A stretch of 64,000 nucleotides of DNA from Candidatus Tayloriibacteriota bacterium (GCA_052034805.1 JBPOID010000003.1:3502-67501), one strand, 5' to 3'. Numbered from the stretch's first letter, positions 10,155 to 20,714 are shown. The notes: a model not told the origin generated them from the sequence alone. A program made the numbers and translations.

Positions 10155-10679
10155 ATGCCATTTTCCTTCAAAAAATTAAATATTCCAGATATTATCCTTA
10201 TAGAGCCTACAGTGATGAAAGATGAGCGTGGTTTCTTTATGGAAACATATAAATCGAGTATTTTTAAAGAGAATAATATACCTGAATTTGTACAAGAAAA
10301 TCACTCTTATTCAATTAAAGGTGTTATTAGAGGTATGCATTATCAGATAGCTCCAAAAGCACAAGGAAAATTAGTAAGATGCGTAAAAGGAGAGATACTT
10401 GACATAGCTCTTGATATAAGAGAAAATTCACCGACAAGATATTCATTTGTTAAGGTAATACTTTCAAGTGAAAATAGATTAGAATTATACATACCAGAAG
10501 GATTTGCACATGGATTCTGTGTATTGAGTGATGAAGCAGAAATAGTATATAAATGCACTTCAGAATATTCAAAAGAACATGAAAGAGGAATATTGTGGAA
10601 TGATAAGAAATTAAACATAGATTGGCCTATAAAAGATCCCGTAATATCAGAAAAAGATAAAATATATAAACCATTATGA
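10155..10679 (+). CDS. dTDP-4-dehydrorhamnose 3,5-epimerase-like cupin (RmlC family) sugar epimerase/isomerase
   Basis: RGMHYQ...QGKLVRCVKGEILDIALDIR...LYIPEGFAHGF is the RmlC cupin core. Confidence 0.8.
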   Translation: MPFSFKKLNIPDIILIEPTVMKDERGFFMETYKSSIFKENNIPEFVQENHSYSIKGVIRGMHYQIAPKAQGKLVRCVKGEILDIALDIRENSPTRYSFVKVILSSENRLELYIPEGFAHGFCVLSDEAEIVYKCTSEYSKEHERGILWNDKKLNIDWPIKDPVISEKDKIYKPL

Positions 10680-11695
10680 AAAAAGTAATAAAGGCAAATT
10701 CAGATCTAAATAATTATAAAGGTAAAAAAGTATTAATAACTGGTGGATTAGGTTTTATAGGTAGCAATTTGGCACATAAACTTGTAGAACTGGGCGCTGA
10801 AGTTACTGTAATAGATAATCTAGCACCTCTTTATGGTGGAAATGATTTCAATATTAAAGATATAAAAGATAAAATAAAAGTTATTATAGGAGATATAAGA
10901 GACTGGCAATTAATAGATAAAATAGTAATAGACAAAGATATTATATTTAATCTTGCAGCTCAAGTAAGTTATATAGATAGTATAAATATCCCCTTTGAAG
11001 ATCTAGATATAAACTGCAAGGGACATTTAACAATACTTGAAAGTTGTAGAAAGCTAAATAAGAATGTAAAAATAGTATTTTCTAGTTCTAGACTTGCATT
11101 AGGTAAAATAATAGAGAATCCTATAACAGAAGAACATCCAACAAATCCATTAAGTCTTTATGGTATACACAAATTAACAGCTGAAAAGTATTGTTATTTC
11201 TATTATAAAAATCATAATCTAAAAACAACAGTATTAAGAATTACTAATCCATACGGAAAAAGACAGCAAATAAAGCATAGTAAATATTCTATACCTGGAT
11301 GGTTTATGAGATTAGCTATGGAAGGTAAAACTATAAGTATTTTTGGTAAAGGTACTCAGAAAAGAGATTATATATACATAGATGATTTAGTAGATGCATT
11401 TCTTTATGCTGGAATATCAGAGAAAACAAATGGTCAAATATATAATTGCGGATCTGGTAAATCTATAGAATTTAGAAAAATGGTAGAAAATATTGTCAAA
11501 TTAGTAGGAAATGGCAAAGTTGAATATATACCATGGCCAGATAATTATGAAAAAGACGAAACAGCAGATAAAATAGAGACTAGTATTAAAAAAATCTATA
11601 AAGACACAGGTTGGAAACCTAAAACGGAATTAAAAAATGGTTTAAAAGAAATGTTCAATTATTATAAAAATAATAAGGATAAATATATCGACTAA
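10676..11695 (+). CDS. NAD-dependent nucleotide-sugar epimerase/dehydratase (extended SDR)
   Basis: Rossmann motif VLITGGLGFIGSNL at the N-terminus and YxxxK-type SDR architecture; 339 aa. Confidence 0.8.
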   Translation: MKKVIKANSDLNNYKGKKVLITGGLGFIGSNLAHKLVELGAEVTVIDNLAPLYGGNDFNIKDIKDKIKVIIGDIRDWQLIDKIVIDKDIIFNLAAQVSYIDSINIPFEDLDINCKGHLTILESCRKLNKNVKIVFSSSRLALGKIIENPITEEHPTNPLSLYGIHKLTAEKYCYFYYKNHNLKTTVLRITNPYGKRQQIKHSKYSIPGWFMRLAMEGKTISIFGKGTQKRDYIYIDDLVDAFLYAGISEKTNGQIYNCGSGKSIEFRKMVENIVKLVGNGKVEYIPWPDNYEKDETADKIETSIKKIYKDTGWKPKTELKNGLKEMFNYYKNNKDKYID

Positions 11696-11700
11696 ATAAT

Positions 11701-12453
11701 ATGTTAATAGTGAAATTAACTGGTGGATTAGGTAATCAGCTTTTCCAATATGCAAACGGTAGAGCTATTTCCATAAAAAATAAAACCCCCCTATTAATAG
11801 ATGCTAGTTGGTATAAAGGAAGAATAGATCGTCAATATCTTTTGGATAAATATAATATAAAAAGTAGAATAGCAACAAAATTAGAAATCTTCTTAACAAA
11901 AATATTTAATAAGAAAAATTATATTCAGGGAGATTTTCAAAGTGAAAAATATTTTGAAAATATAAAGAATATAATATCAGAAGATTATTCAATAAAAGAA
12001 CCAATAAAAGATAAGGAGGATTTGATAAATAAAATAAAATCTACAAATTCAGTAAGTATTCATATGAGAGGTGGTGATTATGTAAGAGGCAAAAGAAGTT
12101 CTTTCCATGGTACATGCTCACCTGAATATTACTATAAAGCAATAGAAGAAATTAAATTAAATATAGATTCTCCATTTTTCTTTATCTTTACAGATGATAT
12201 ACCATGGGCAAAAAATCATATAAAATTTCCTGAACCTAATATATTTATAAGTAATGAAGAAAATAAACCTTATGAAGAGATTATTCTTATGTCATATTGT
12301 AAGAATAATATTATAGCCAATAGTACTTTTAGTTGGTGGGGAGCATGGTTAAATAATAATAAAAATAAAATAGTAATTGCCCCTAAAAAATGGTTTAATA
12401 ATGATTCAATAGACACAAAAGATATATTACCTAAACAATGGATAAAAATATAA
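11701..12453 (+). CDS. GT11 alpha-1,2-fucosyltransferase-like glycosyltransferase
   Basis: MLIVKLTGGLGNQLFQYANG (GT11 motif I), HMRGGDY (HxRRGD), NSTFSWWGAWLN (motif III). Confidence 0.85.
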   Translation: MLIVKLTGGLGNQLFQYANGRAISIKNKTPLLIDASWYKGRIDRQYLLDKYNIKSRIATKLEIFLTKIFNKKNYIQGDFQSEKYFENIKNIISEDYSIKEPIKDKEDLINKIKSTNSVSIHMRGGDYVRGKRSSFHGTCSPEYYYKAIEEIKLNIDSPFFFIFTDDIPWAKNHIKFPEPNIFISNEENKPYEEIILMSYCKNNIIANSTFSWWGAWLNNNKNKIVIAPKKWFNNDSIDTKDILPKQWIKI

Positions 12454-13418
12454 GGATAATCGATATAGAACCAGAAATAAGTGTATTAATGCCTGTATAC
12501 AATGGTGATAAATATTTGAAAGAATCTATAGATAGTATACTTTCTCAAACTTTTACTAATTTTGAACTGATAATAGTAAACGATGGTTCTAAAGATAATA
12601 GTCTAGAAATATTGAAATCTTATTCTGATCCGAGAATCATCATTATAGATAATAAAGTAAATAAAGGACTCATAGAAAGTCTCAATATAGGCTTATCAAA
12701 ATGTCGTGGAAAATATACAGCCCGAATGGATCAAGATGATATTTCCCTACCAGACAGACTACAGATACAGTTTGATTTTATGGAAAAAAATAAAGAAATA
12801 GATCTAGTTGGCGGTTGGACAGAATGCATAAATAAAAATGGTGATTATATAAAGACGTCTAGAAGTCCAGAAAATCCATGGATTATACGTTATGAATTAA
12901 TATTTAATAATGTGATGTTCCATAGTTCAATATTTTTCAAAACAGATATTGTAATAAAAAATGGAGGCTATGATAAGAAAGCCACTCATTCAGAAGATTA
13001 TGATATGTATTCTAGACCAAATAAAGAATTGATGTGTAGTAATATACAAAGAGTATTATTCAAATATAGAATACATAACGAATCTATTACTGGCAGTACG
13101 AATACACAACAAATAGTGCATGAAAATGCTTTAAATGTAGCTTTTAGAAATATTAACAAGTATATAATAATGGATAGAAATACCTTTGATTATCTCAAAG
13201 ATGTCTTAATAATAAAAACACCTAGTGATAAAATAACCATTGATATATTAATAAAATCTATTAAAATTCTAAAAAAGATAACGGAGAACTTCATAAAGAT
13301 TAATAATCTAGATAAAAATAATAGGAAAAATATAATTGATAAATATAAAGGAAAAAGAAATTCATTTATTAAAAATTATTTTATTGGTAAATATCATAAA
13401 ATAATTAAATGGGTATAA
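12438..13418 (+). CDS. GT2-family glycosyltransferase
   Basis: ISVLMPVYNGDKYLKESIDSILSQTFTNFELIIVNDGSKDNS, DQDD motif. Confidence 0.88.
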   Translation: MDKNIRIIDIEPEISVLMPVYNGDKYLKESIDSILSQTFTNFELIIVNDGSKDNSLEILKSYSDPRIIIIDNKVNKGLIESLNIGLSKCRGKYTARMDQDDISLPDRLQIQFDFMEKNKEIDLVGGWTECINKNGDYIKTSRSPENPWIIRYELIFNNVMFHSSIFFKTDIVIKNGGYDKKATHSEDYDMYSRPNKELMCSNIQRVLFKYRIHNESITGSTNTQQIVHENALNVAFRNINKYIIMDRNTFDYLKDVLIIKTPSDKITIDILIKSIKILKKITENFIKINNLDKNNRKNIIDKYKGKRNSFIKNYFIGKYHKIIKWV

Positions 13419-13454
13419 TAAAAACAAATAGATACTATTTAGAAATATAAATAT

Positions 13455-14408
13455 ATGAATAAATTTAATACCCCTATTATATTTTTAATATTCAAAAGAA
13501 AAAAAGAAACTTCTTTGGTATTTGAGGAAATAAGAAAGATAAAACCCAGTAAACTCTTTATAGTAGCTGATGGACCTAGAAACGAGGAAGAGAAAATACT
13601 GTCATCTGAGACAAGAAAAATCGTAGATAAAATAGACTGGGAATGTGAAATTTATAGAAATTATTCAGATATAAATCTAGGATGTAGAGAAAGAGTAATA
13701 TCAGGTATTAATTGGGCTTTTGAGAAAATAGACCGAGCTATTATATTAGAAGATGACTGTTTGCCTAATCAAGATTTCTTTAGATTTTCTGAAGAAATGT
13801 TAGAGAAATATAAAGACAATGAGAATATAATGCATATAGGTGGTAGTAATTTCCAAGATAATAATAAAGAATTTATAAACTCAATCAAAGGAGATAGCTA
13901 TTATTTTTCAAATATAGCTCAGATATGGGGCTGGGCTACATGGAAAAAAGCTTGGAATAAATATGATTCTAATATGATCACTTGGGAAAAAATAAAAGAT
14001 AAAAAGGATTTTATAAAACATTTCCCTAATAAATATATATATCAATATTGGAAATATTTTTTCGAAAAGATGCATAGAAACGAATTTGATACTTGGGATA
14101 TAGCTTGGACATATACATGTTTCAAAGAAAATGGATTATGCATAATGCCAAAAGTGAATCTAATAGAAAATACAGGTAGTGATGCATCAACAGCAACACA
14201 TAAATCCAATAATCTAACTCATATAAAGACATCAGCATTAATATTCCCTCTCACACATCCCAATATAATTAAAGAGAATAGAATCGCAGATAAATATACA
14301 TATAAAAGAGTATATGGGGTTAATACCAATATTAGAAATGTATTAAAATCTTATATGAAACATTATTTACCTTCTCTTTTTGAGAAAATAAAATCTTTCA
14401 TGAAATAG
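13455..14408 (+). CDS. Putative GT-A-fold glycosyltransferase with GnT-I (GT13)-like EDD...DFF motif
   Basis: IILEDDCLPNQDFFRF resembles the EDDLEVAPDFF catalytic DxD block of GlcNAc-transferase I. Family assignment is tentative. Confidence 0.45.
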   Translation: MNKFNTPIIFLIFKRKKETSLVFEEIRKIKPSKLFIVADGPRNEEEKILSSETRKIVDKIDWECEIYRNYSDINLGCRERVISGINWAFEKIDRAIILEDDCLPNQDFFRFSEEMLEKYKDNENIMHIGGSNFQDNNKEFINSIKGDSYYFSNIAQIWGWATWKKAWNKYDSNMITWEKIKDKKDFIKHFPNKYIYQYWKYFFEKMHRNEFDTWDIAWTYTCFKENGLCIMPKVNLIENTGSDASTATHKSNNLTHIKTSALIFPLTHPNIIKENRIADKYTYKRVYGVNTNIRNVLKSYMKHYLPSLFEKIKSFMK

Positions 14409-15110
14409 ATTGGGAAATATTCCGAAAATTATTTCAAATATGGGTTGCAATAACATAGCTATTCTAGGTAATGACCATAATTTCGGTACAAATAAACCAT
14501 AACTGATTGAATCTAGTATTTCAAAATCATTCTTTAAAAGATTTTCATAGCTCTTATAATCCCAATAATCTTTCAGGATTTCCATATTCTTTAATTTTAA
14601 TTTGGCAAATAGAGAATTATTAGATACTAGAGATAATATAATCAAACTATTATTATCAGTATGTGACTTTATAAAATCAAATTCTTCTTCGAATATTCCA
14701 GGACTAACAAAACCTATAGCTAAAAGTATATTAGCTTTTATATCTTTATTTAATTCATCTTTAACAGAAAAAGATAATAGATTTTCTAATTCTGATTTCT
14801 TGGCTTTATCTATCATTAATGGAGATATATCAACACCAATAGCTTTAGATATATTCTTCTTAAATTTAGATACTAAGGTTCTAATAACGAATCCATCCGC
14901 ACATCCATCTTCGATAATAACAAGATCACTCTTGTTATTTATATATTTATCTATTTTATTTATTAATAATTTTAATCTTCTCTGAAAAAAGAATTTATTA
15001 TAAGTATTAGGTACGGTCAAATACCTTTTCTCTGAATAATTTCCACTTTCTTTATCATAAAACGATGTATCGAAAAAATTTATATTCATATATTCTATAA
15101 ATGATACCAA
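14367..15110 (-). CDS. Class I SAM-dependent methyltransferase
   Basis: LVIIEDGCADGFVIRTL (motif I) with downstream acidic motif II; 247 aa. Confidence 0.65.
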   Translation of the reverse strand: MVSFIEYMNINFFDTSFYDKESGNYSEKRYLTVPNTYNKFFFQRRLKLLINKIDKYINNKSDLVIIEDGCADGFVIRTLVSKFKKNISKAIGVDISPLMIDKAKKSELENLLSFSVKDELNKDIKANILLAIGFVSPGIFEEEFDFIKSHTDNNSLIILSLVSNNSLFAKLKLKNMEILKDYWDYKSYENLLKNDFEILDSISYGLFVPKLWSLPRIAMLLQPIFEIIFGIFPNLFHERFYFLKKRR

Positions 15111-16336
15111 CTATCTAATTTCTGTATATATTTATCTATAGTAAAATTATTAATTATTCTATCATAAGAATGATTACCAAAATCTCTAAGAGTTGAATCA
15201 TTTTCAATTAAAAATCTTATTTTATTTTCAAGATCTGATTTATTATTAGGATTCAATATAAAACCATTTTTATTATCTTCTATTATTTCCTTTGCACCGC
15301 CAAAGCAATTCCCTATTACAGGTCTCCTACATATCATTGATTCTAATATATTAGTAGGAAACCAATCAAAGCATAAAGAAGGCACTAGAGTTATAAAACA
15401 AGCATTATAAGCATATTTAATATATTTATTGTCTAACCAACCAGTAAATACTATATTCTTGTCTATACGCATTTTAACAGCTTTAAAAAGCATTTTATTA
15501 GCATATTCATCTTTATTACCTACAATAAGCAAGATTATATCCGGATAATCTTTTATTAAATTAACAATTATGTCTAGTATGATTTCACCGCCTTTTGCAC
15601 TACTTAATCTGCCACCGAAAAATATTACTCTTTTACCATTAAGATTAAATTTATTTATAAAATTATCAGCCTCTTTGATATCTATTTCCCATTTATTTAT
15701 ATCTATACCATTATTTATGACTTCTATATTATCTATACCATTATCATTCAGGGCATTCTTCAAGGCATTACTTACAGAAAAAATCTTATTAGCTTTCTTA
15801 AGATAAGATTTTATTATTATATTTCTAAAAGGATTATATCTTGATTTAAAATCTTTTAATTGTTTAATTGGCGATATTTTGTAATTTATAACATTACAAT
15901 CAGAAGAATTTACGTCATCAGGAAATAATTTACTATAATGAAAAGACATTGAATCATGAATTGTTACAAAAACAGATTTAGAATATTTCTTAGCTAAAGA
16001 AATAGAGTAATAAGATATATGATAATGAATATTATGGAAATGTACTATATCAAAAGTCTCATTTTTTAAAATAGCTTTTATTTTATATATAATAAAAGGA
16101 TTATATAAAGATAGATATGATCTGTATCTAGGATTATAATTTGAATATAATCTTATTATACGAATACCGTTTTCTATAGATTCACCTACTAATTCTCTTT
16201 TATCAACAGTAGTTACTACAGTTACCTTATAACCTATTTTAGACAAACCTATTGCATGAATATTGGTAATAACAGCGGCGCCACCACCTCTCTGAGATAT
16301 ATCATCTGTGATTATTAATATATTTTTTCTATTCAT
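15095..16336 (-). CDS. GT4-family (GT-B) glycosyltransferase
   Basis: C-terminal GGRLSSAKGGEIILD...ESMICRRPVIGNCFGGAKEII EX7E-type motif. Confidence 0.8.
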   Translation of the reverse strand: MNRKNILIITDDISQRGGGAAVITNIHAIGLSKIGYKVTVVTTVDKRELVGESIENGIRIIRLYSNYNPRYRSYLSLYNPFIIYKIKAILKNETFDIVHFHNIHYHISYYSISLAKKYSKSVFVTIHDSMSFHYSKLFPDDVNSSDCNVINYKISPIKQLKDFKSRYNPFRNIIIKSYLKKANKIFSVSNALKNALNDNGIDNIEVINNGIDINKWEIDIKEADNFINKFNLNGKRVIFFGGRLSSAKGGEIILDIIVNLIKDYPDIILLIVGNKDEYANKMLFKAVKMRIDKNIVFTGWLDNKYIKYAYNACFITLVPSLCFDWFPTNILESMICRRPVIGNCFGGAKEIIEDNKNGFILNPNNKSDLENKIRFLIENDSTLRDFGNHSYDRIINNFTIDKYIQKLDSWYHL

Positions 16337-16343
16337 TTAATTC

Positions 16344-17486
16344 TTATATTTTATCTTTAGACTTCTTATTCAATACATTCTCATATTGTTTTATAAATTT
16401 ATTGCCAATATTATCCCAAGTATGTTCTTTAGCATAAAGAAAACCTGATTGACCTAGAGATTCTCTTAGATTTTTATTATCTAATAATCTCTTAATAGCA
16501 TTATATGTTTCATCTATATCACCTTCTTTTACAACTAAACCTGTTTTATCTGGTATAACAGCATCTAAAGTACCACCAGAATTAGAAGCTATAACTGGTT
16601 TACGCGAAGCTCCAGCTTCTAGATATACTATGCCGAAACCTTCGAAATTCCAATTAATCATTACAGGAGTATGAATATAAATATCTATAGCAGAGAAATA
16701 CCTAGGCATATCATCATCAGATATTGAACCCGTAAATGTAACATTATCAGTTAGTCCATTATCACTTATAATACTGTCTAATCTATTCACATAATCATTC
16801 CTCTTCTCATTATTACCGACTATAAGATAATGGAAATCATTTCTCTCTTTTATTAATTTAGATAAGGCATTCAAAACAATATCATGCCCCTTTCTAGGCT
16901 TAATAGCACCTACAGTCATTAATAATTTCTTATTTTTATATTTTTCTTTTATATCAGCTGTTTGATATGTATCAGAAAATCTATCAAAATTAGTAGCGCA
17001 ATGTATTATATTTATAGGAGTCTTTGTACCTGAATATTTAATAACAGAATCAGCGGTAAATTTACTTATAGATATCATCGATGTTGCATGATTGTAAGCT
17101 CTTTTAAGAAAAAAAGAACTAGGAAATTCAAATAATGGTTTTACAGCATAGGTACCAGCAAGTCCTATTATAAGAGGTATATTATTATATCTAGAAATAT
17201 TATCAGCTATCAAAGCATAAGGAAATTCGAAAATAGAATGTACTATATCTGCATCAGTCTTATATTTAAAAAATAGATAATTAAATGCTTCTATATTTCT
17301 TAAATCAAAAATATATTTAGGTAGAATATATTCTACCTTATATGAAGTATATTCATAATGTTTCTCATCAATAGGAAGTAATAATGTTATATCTGCCTTA
17401 TCTTTAAGAAAACTACATAATTCATGGGTAAGATTACCCGTACCACTTTGAATATTATTGGTAGATGCGATGAGAAGTATTTTCAT
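16344..17486 (-). CDS. GT4-family glycosyltransferase
   Basis: KPRKGHDIVLNAL...FGIVYLEAGASRKPVIASNSGGTLDAV (EX7E). Confidence 0.85.
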   Translation of the reverse strand: MKILLIASTNNIQSGTGNLTHELCSFLKDKADITLLLPIDEKHYEYTSYKVEYILPKYIFDLRNIEAFNYLFFKYKTDADIVHSIFEFPYALIADNISRYNNIPLIIGLAGTYAVKPLFEFPSSFFLKRAYNHATSMISISKFTADSVIKYSGTKTPINIIHCATNFDRFSDTYQTADIKEKYKNKKLLMTVGAIKPRKGHDIVLNALSKLIKERNDFHYLIVGNNEKRNDYVNRLDSIISDNGLTDNVTFTGSISDDDMPRYFSAIDIYIHTPVMINWNFEGFGIVYLEAGASRKPVIASNSGGTLDAVIPDKTGLVVKEGDIDETYNAIKRLLDNKNLRESLGQSGFLYAKEHTWDNIGNKFIKQYENVLNKKSKDKI

Positions 17487-18118
17487 TTCTTTTTTAAAAC
17501 CATATAATATCCACTCACAAGTATTCCTGATTCTTTATTTTTCCTTGCTATATCACCATATTCTTCTTTTATAAACCAATTGAAATGACTCAATATATTA
17601 GCAAATAAGAAAAGTACAAATTTTGAGATCTTATTTATTTTTAATCTAGTTTGATAACCTATTCTCTGTAGAAGTACAGATATTGTAGAGAAATCCGTGG
17701 TTTCGGTTTCTAATTCCAATATTTCAAAATCTTTAAAAAGCTCCATTAATCCATATTTTGTAAATCTCCAAAAATCATTAGGCGAATCATGAATTGGAAA
17801 AATAAATCTAGTACAAAAGATCACCTTACCACCCTTTTTCAATACTCTTTTCATTTCAGAAGTTGCTTTTACTGGATCTTTGAGATGTTCAAATACATCA
17901 GTAGATAAAATAGAATCTACTTCACCATCTTTAAATGGAAGATTATGAGCATCAGCTATAATATCCGGCTTTCTATTCGGATCCATATCCACAGAAATAC
18001 GGTTTGGGAAGAATCTATGATATGAAGAATTTCCAGACCCTATATCGACTATTTTATCGTCTGTGGCATGCTTTCTCAAGAATTCATCTAGTCTTTTCCT
18101 AGTTATTTTGCTTATCAT
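17483..18118 (-). CDS. Class I SAM-dependent methyltransferase (Methyltransf_11-like)
   Basis: VDIGSGNSSY motif I, ILSTDVFEHL post-I region, LKKGGKVIF. Confidence 0.75.
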   Translation of the reverse strand: MISKITRKRLDEFLRKHATDDKIVDIGSGNSSYHRFFPNRISVDMDPNRKPDIIADAHNLPFKDGEVDSILSTDVFEHLKDPVKATSEMKRVLKKGGKVIFCTRFIFPIHDSPNDFWRFTKYGLMELFKDFEILELETETTDFSTISVLLQRIGYQTRLKINKISKFVLFLFANILSHFNWFIKEEYGDIARKNKESGILVSGYYMVLKKK

Positions 18119-18172
18119 ACAAGCATTATAACAGGTATAAATACTATTTCAAAAACATGATAGAATCACTAT

Positions 18173-19789
18173 ATGGCTATAAGAAACATAGAGGAATTAG
18201 CTTCTCTAAACAATAAAGACTTAATATATGATATTTGTATTGTCGGTACAGGACCGGCTGGTATGACATTATGTAGTGAATTATCAAATACAAATAAAAA
18301 GATTTGCGTATTAGAATCTGGAACTCTAGAAAAGAATGATTATGCTGATTCACTAAGAGAGACAGAAAGTGATGGTTTAATAAAAATCAGAAATTCCTCT
18401 AGAGAAAGAGTTTTCGGTGGTACATCTACAACTTGGTCAGGTCTATCATCTCCTATGGATAAAGTGGATTTTGAAAAATGGCCAATAAAAATAGAGGACT
18501 TGGAAAAGTATTATATAAAAACCAATAAATACGGTTTTCCTAAATTCGAAGATTTTAATAAATCAAATACAGATGAAATAAAAAATAAATCTGAATTAAA
18601 ATTAGAATCAGATAAATTAGAAGAGAAAATATTTATTGCTCTAGATCCTCCATGGAATTTCGCTAATAGATTAAAAGGAATTTTTAATAAAGATAATATA
18701 GATCTATATCTAGATGCTACAGTTATAAAAATAAACAAGAAAGATAATCAGAGTATAGATAATCTGGAAATTACTGATTCAAAAAATAATAAATACAAAG
18801 TAAATGCAAAAATCTTTGTATTAGCTGTAGGGGGTATAGAAAGTAGTAGATTATTATTATCAAGTAATATAGGAAATGAACATGATCAAGTAGGTAAATA
18901 CATAATGAATCATCCTAAAGACAATCATGGAATATTAATACTAAATAAACCAATAGAAAATGCTGATTATCTATTCGGCTATCTGAATAAAGGATTTGCA
19001 AAATATTCAGGATTTAGAATAAATGAAAATCTACAGAAAAAATTGAATATAATGAATAGTTATATGAGATTTGAACCAATATTCCCTTGGACAGATAGTA
19101 GGGGTGTGGCTGATCTCATCACAATAACAAAAAAAATGAAAATATTTCTTGATTGGTGGAAGAAAAAACAGAAAAATATAATACGCTTGAGAGATTGGAA
19201 TGAAACGGGTGATGATAGAAAACCTCAAAACAAAAAAATAAATAATTTTAAATGGAATATCGCTATATACAATATGATAAAAGATATAAGAAAAGTATTA
19301 TCATATACATTACATAGATTATTACATAATAAAAAATTGTTAATAAAAACAATAAGAATAAGAAATTTCATGGATATGGAACCTAGAGCAGAAAACAGAA
19401 TAATACTCAGTGATAAATTGGATATAAATGGTAATAGATTGCCTAAAATAATACTTAATATTTCAGATATAGATAAATATTCACTTATGAAACTTCATGA
19501 AATATTCAAAGAAGAAATAGAAAAAAATAATATAGGAATATTCCAAAGTAATTTAGATAAAAATAAATGGCCTATAATATCAGAAGCTAGTCATCATCTG
19601 GGTGGTACTATAATGGGAAATGATAATAAAAAATCTGTAGTAGACAGAGACTTGAAAGTCCATTCTATAGAAAATCTATATATATGTAGTAGTTCAGTAT
19701 TCCCTACTGCAGGATGTGCAAATCCAACATATACAATATGTGCTTTAGCGATAAGACTAGCGGATAAATTATCTAGTATAAAAATCTAA
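18173..19789 (+). CDS. GMC-family FAD-dependent oxidoreductase
   Basis: N-terminal DICIVGTGPAGMTLCSEL FAD fold, C-terminal HHLGGTIMG...NLYICSSSVFPT GMC signature region. Confidence 0.8.
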   Translation: MAIRNIEELASLNNKDLIYDICIVGTGPAGMTLCSELSNTNKKICVLESGTLEKNDYADSLRETESDGLIKIRNSSRERVFGGTSTTWSGLSSPMDKVDFEKWPIKIEDLEKYYIKTNKYGFPKFEDFNKSNTDEIKNKSELKLESDKLEEKIFIALDPPWNFANRLKGIFNKDNIDLYLDATVIKINKKDNQSIDNLEITDSKNNKYKVNAKIFVLAVGGIESSRLLLSSNIGNEHDQVGKYIMNHPKDNHGILILNKPIENADYLFGYLNKGFAKYSGFRINENLQKKLNIMNSYMRFEPIFPWTDSRGVADLITITKKMKIFLDWWKKKQKNIIRLRDWNETGDDRKPQNKKINNFKWNIAIYNMIKDIRKVLSYTLHRLLHNKKLLIKTIRIRNFMDMEPRAENRIILSDKLDINGNRLPKIILNISDIDKYSLMKLHEIFKEEIEKNNIGIFQSNLDKNKWPIISEASHHLGGTIMGNDNKKSVVDRDLKVHSIENLYICSSSVFPTAGCANPTYTICALAIRLADKLSSIKI

Positions 19790-19813
19790 AGAGATAATCT
19801 AAACATTATCTCT
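19790..19813. terminator. Bidirectional hairpin at a convergent gene junction
   Basis: AGAGATAAT-ctaaac-ATTATCTCT perfect 9-bp inverted repeat lies between the stop of the + strand GMC gene (19787-89) and overlaps the stop of the - strand MTase gene (19806-08). Flanked by A/T runs. Confidence 0.5.
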
Positions 19814-20714
19814 TTAAATAAAAGACAATCATAGAGAAATCTTTTTCATTGAAAAGTCTGTTTAATGGTTTGATTAATTTATCAAAACCATATAATAAAG
19901 TATAAATTGAAAAAGAAAATATCATAAAAAGCAAATCCTTAATATTTTTATTTTTCTTATATCTTTTCAATAAATGTAAAGAACCTAATTCATAAGCGAG
20001 TCTAGGTGGCTTCAAGAAAATCTCTTTTATATTGTCGAAGCCTTTATGCTCCATAAAAAGATCGAGATTGGCTATGGAAAATTGGAAAAGATGATAAGGA
20101 GGAGTTACAGATGACCAAGGTATATTGAATAATCTATATAAAATAAATGTCGATTTTGACCATATACAATCAAGATTAGGTGTTGATATAACAATAAGAC
20201 CATTTTTCTTTAGAATTCTTTTACATTCATTTATAAAATCATGAGGAGAATTAACATGTTCTATTATATCTCCAAGAAATATAATATCGAAAAATTCATT
20301 ATCGAATTTAATATCATGCAAGAAACCATTATAAACATTTGGATTATTAGATTTGGCTATTTCTGCTGTCCTACGATTAAGTTCAATACCATAAGTATCA
20401 AAACCTCTTTTTCTAGCAAAATACATAAACTCACCACTAGAACATCCAACATCCAATAATTTACCTGAATCAAATTTATTTTTTATTATTTCTATAATTC
20501 TTTCTGTTTTTCTATCTGGATATTCTCCATAATTACCCTTTTTATTACTTTGATAACCTGATTCATAAGAATACACTTCATCTTTCAAGAATTCAGGCTT
20601 TGGTTGTGGATATACGAATACCAATGAACATGAATTACATTTATACAAATCAAAACCATCTTTCTTCATTAGAAATTCTGACTTTATATTACATATAATA
20701 CATTCTGGTTTCAT
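19806..20714 (-). CDS. SAM-dependent methyltransferase with N-terminal CxxC...CxxC zinc ribbon
   Basis: MKPECIICNIKSEF...YKCNSCSLVF zinc ribbon; LLDVGCSSGEFMYFA motif I; LKKNGLIVISTPN. Paralogous to the C-terminal half of the 25011..26588 product. Confidence 0.75.
   Translation of the reverse strand: MKPECIICNIKSEFLMKKDGFDLYKCNSCSLVFVYPQPKPEFLKDEVYSYESGYQSNKKGNYGEYPDRKTERIIEIIKNKFDSGKLLDVGCSSGEFMYFARKRGFDTYGIELNRRTAEIAKSNNPNVYNGFLHDIKFDNEFFDIIFLGDIIEHVNSPHDFINECKRILKKNGLIVISTPNLDCIWSKSTFILYRLFNIPWSSVTPPYHLFQFSIANLDLFMEHKGFDNIKEIFLKPPRLAYELGSLHLLKRYKKNKNIKDLLFMIFSFSIYTLLYGFDKLIKPLNRLFNEKDFSMIVFYLKR

Noticed and set aside
10343-10618. 91-aa antisense ORF inside the RmlC-like gene
   Set aside because: Overlaps a well-supported CDS on the other strand.
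14602-15806. Plus-strand ORFs 14602..14985 and 15570..15806
   Set aside because: Antisense to the methyltransferase and GT4 genes; Ser/Leu/Ile low-complexity translations.
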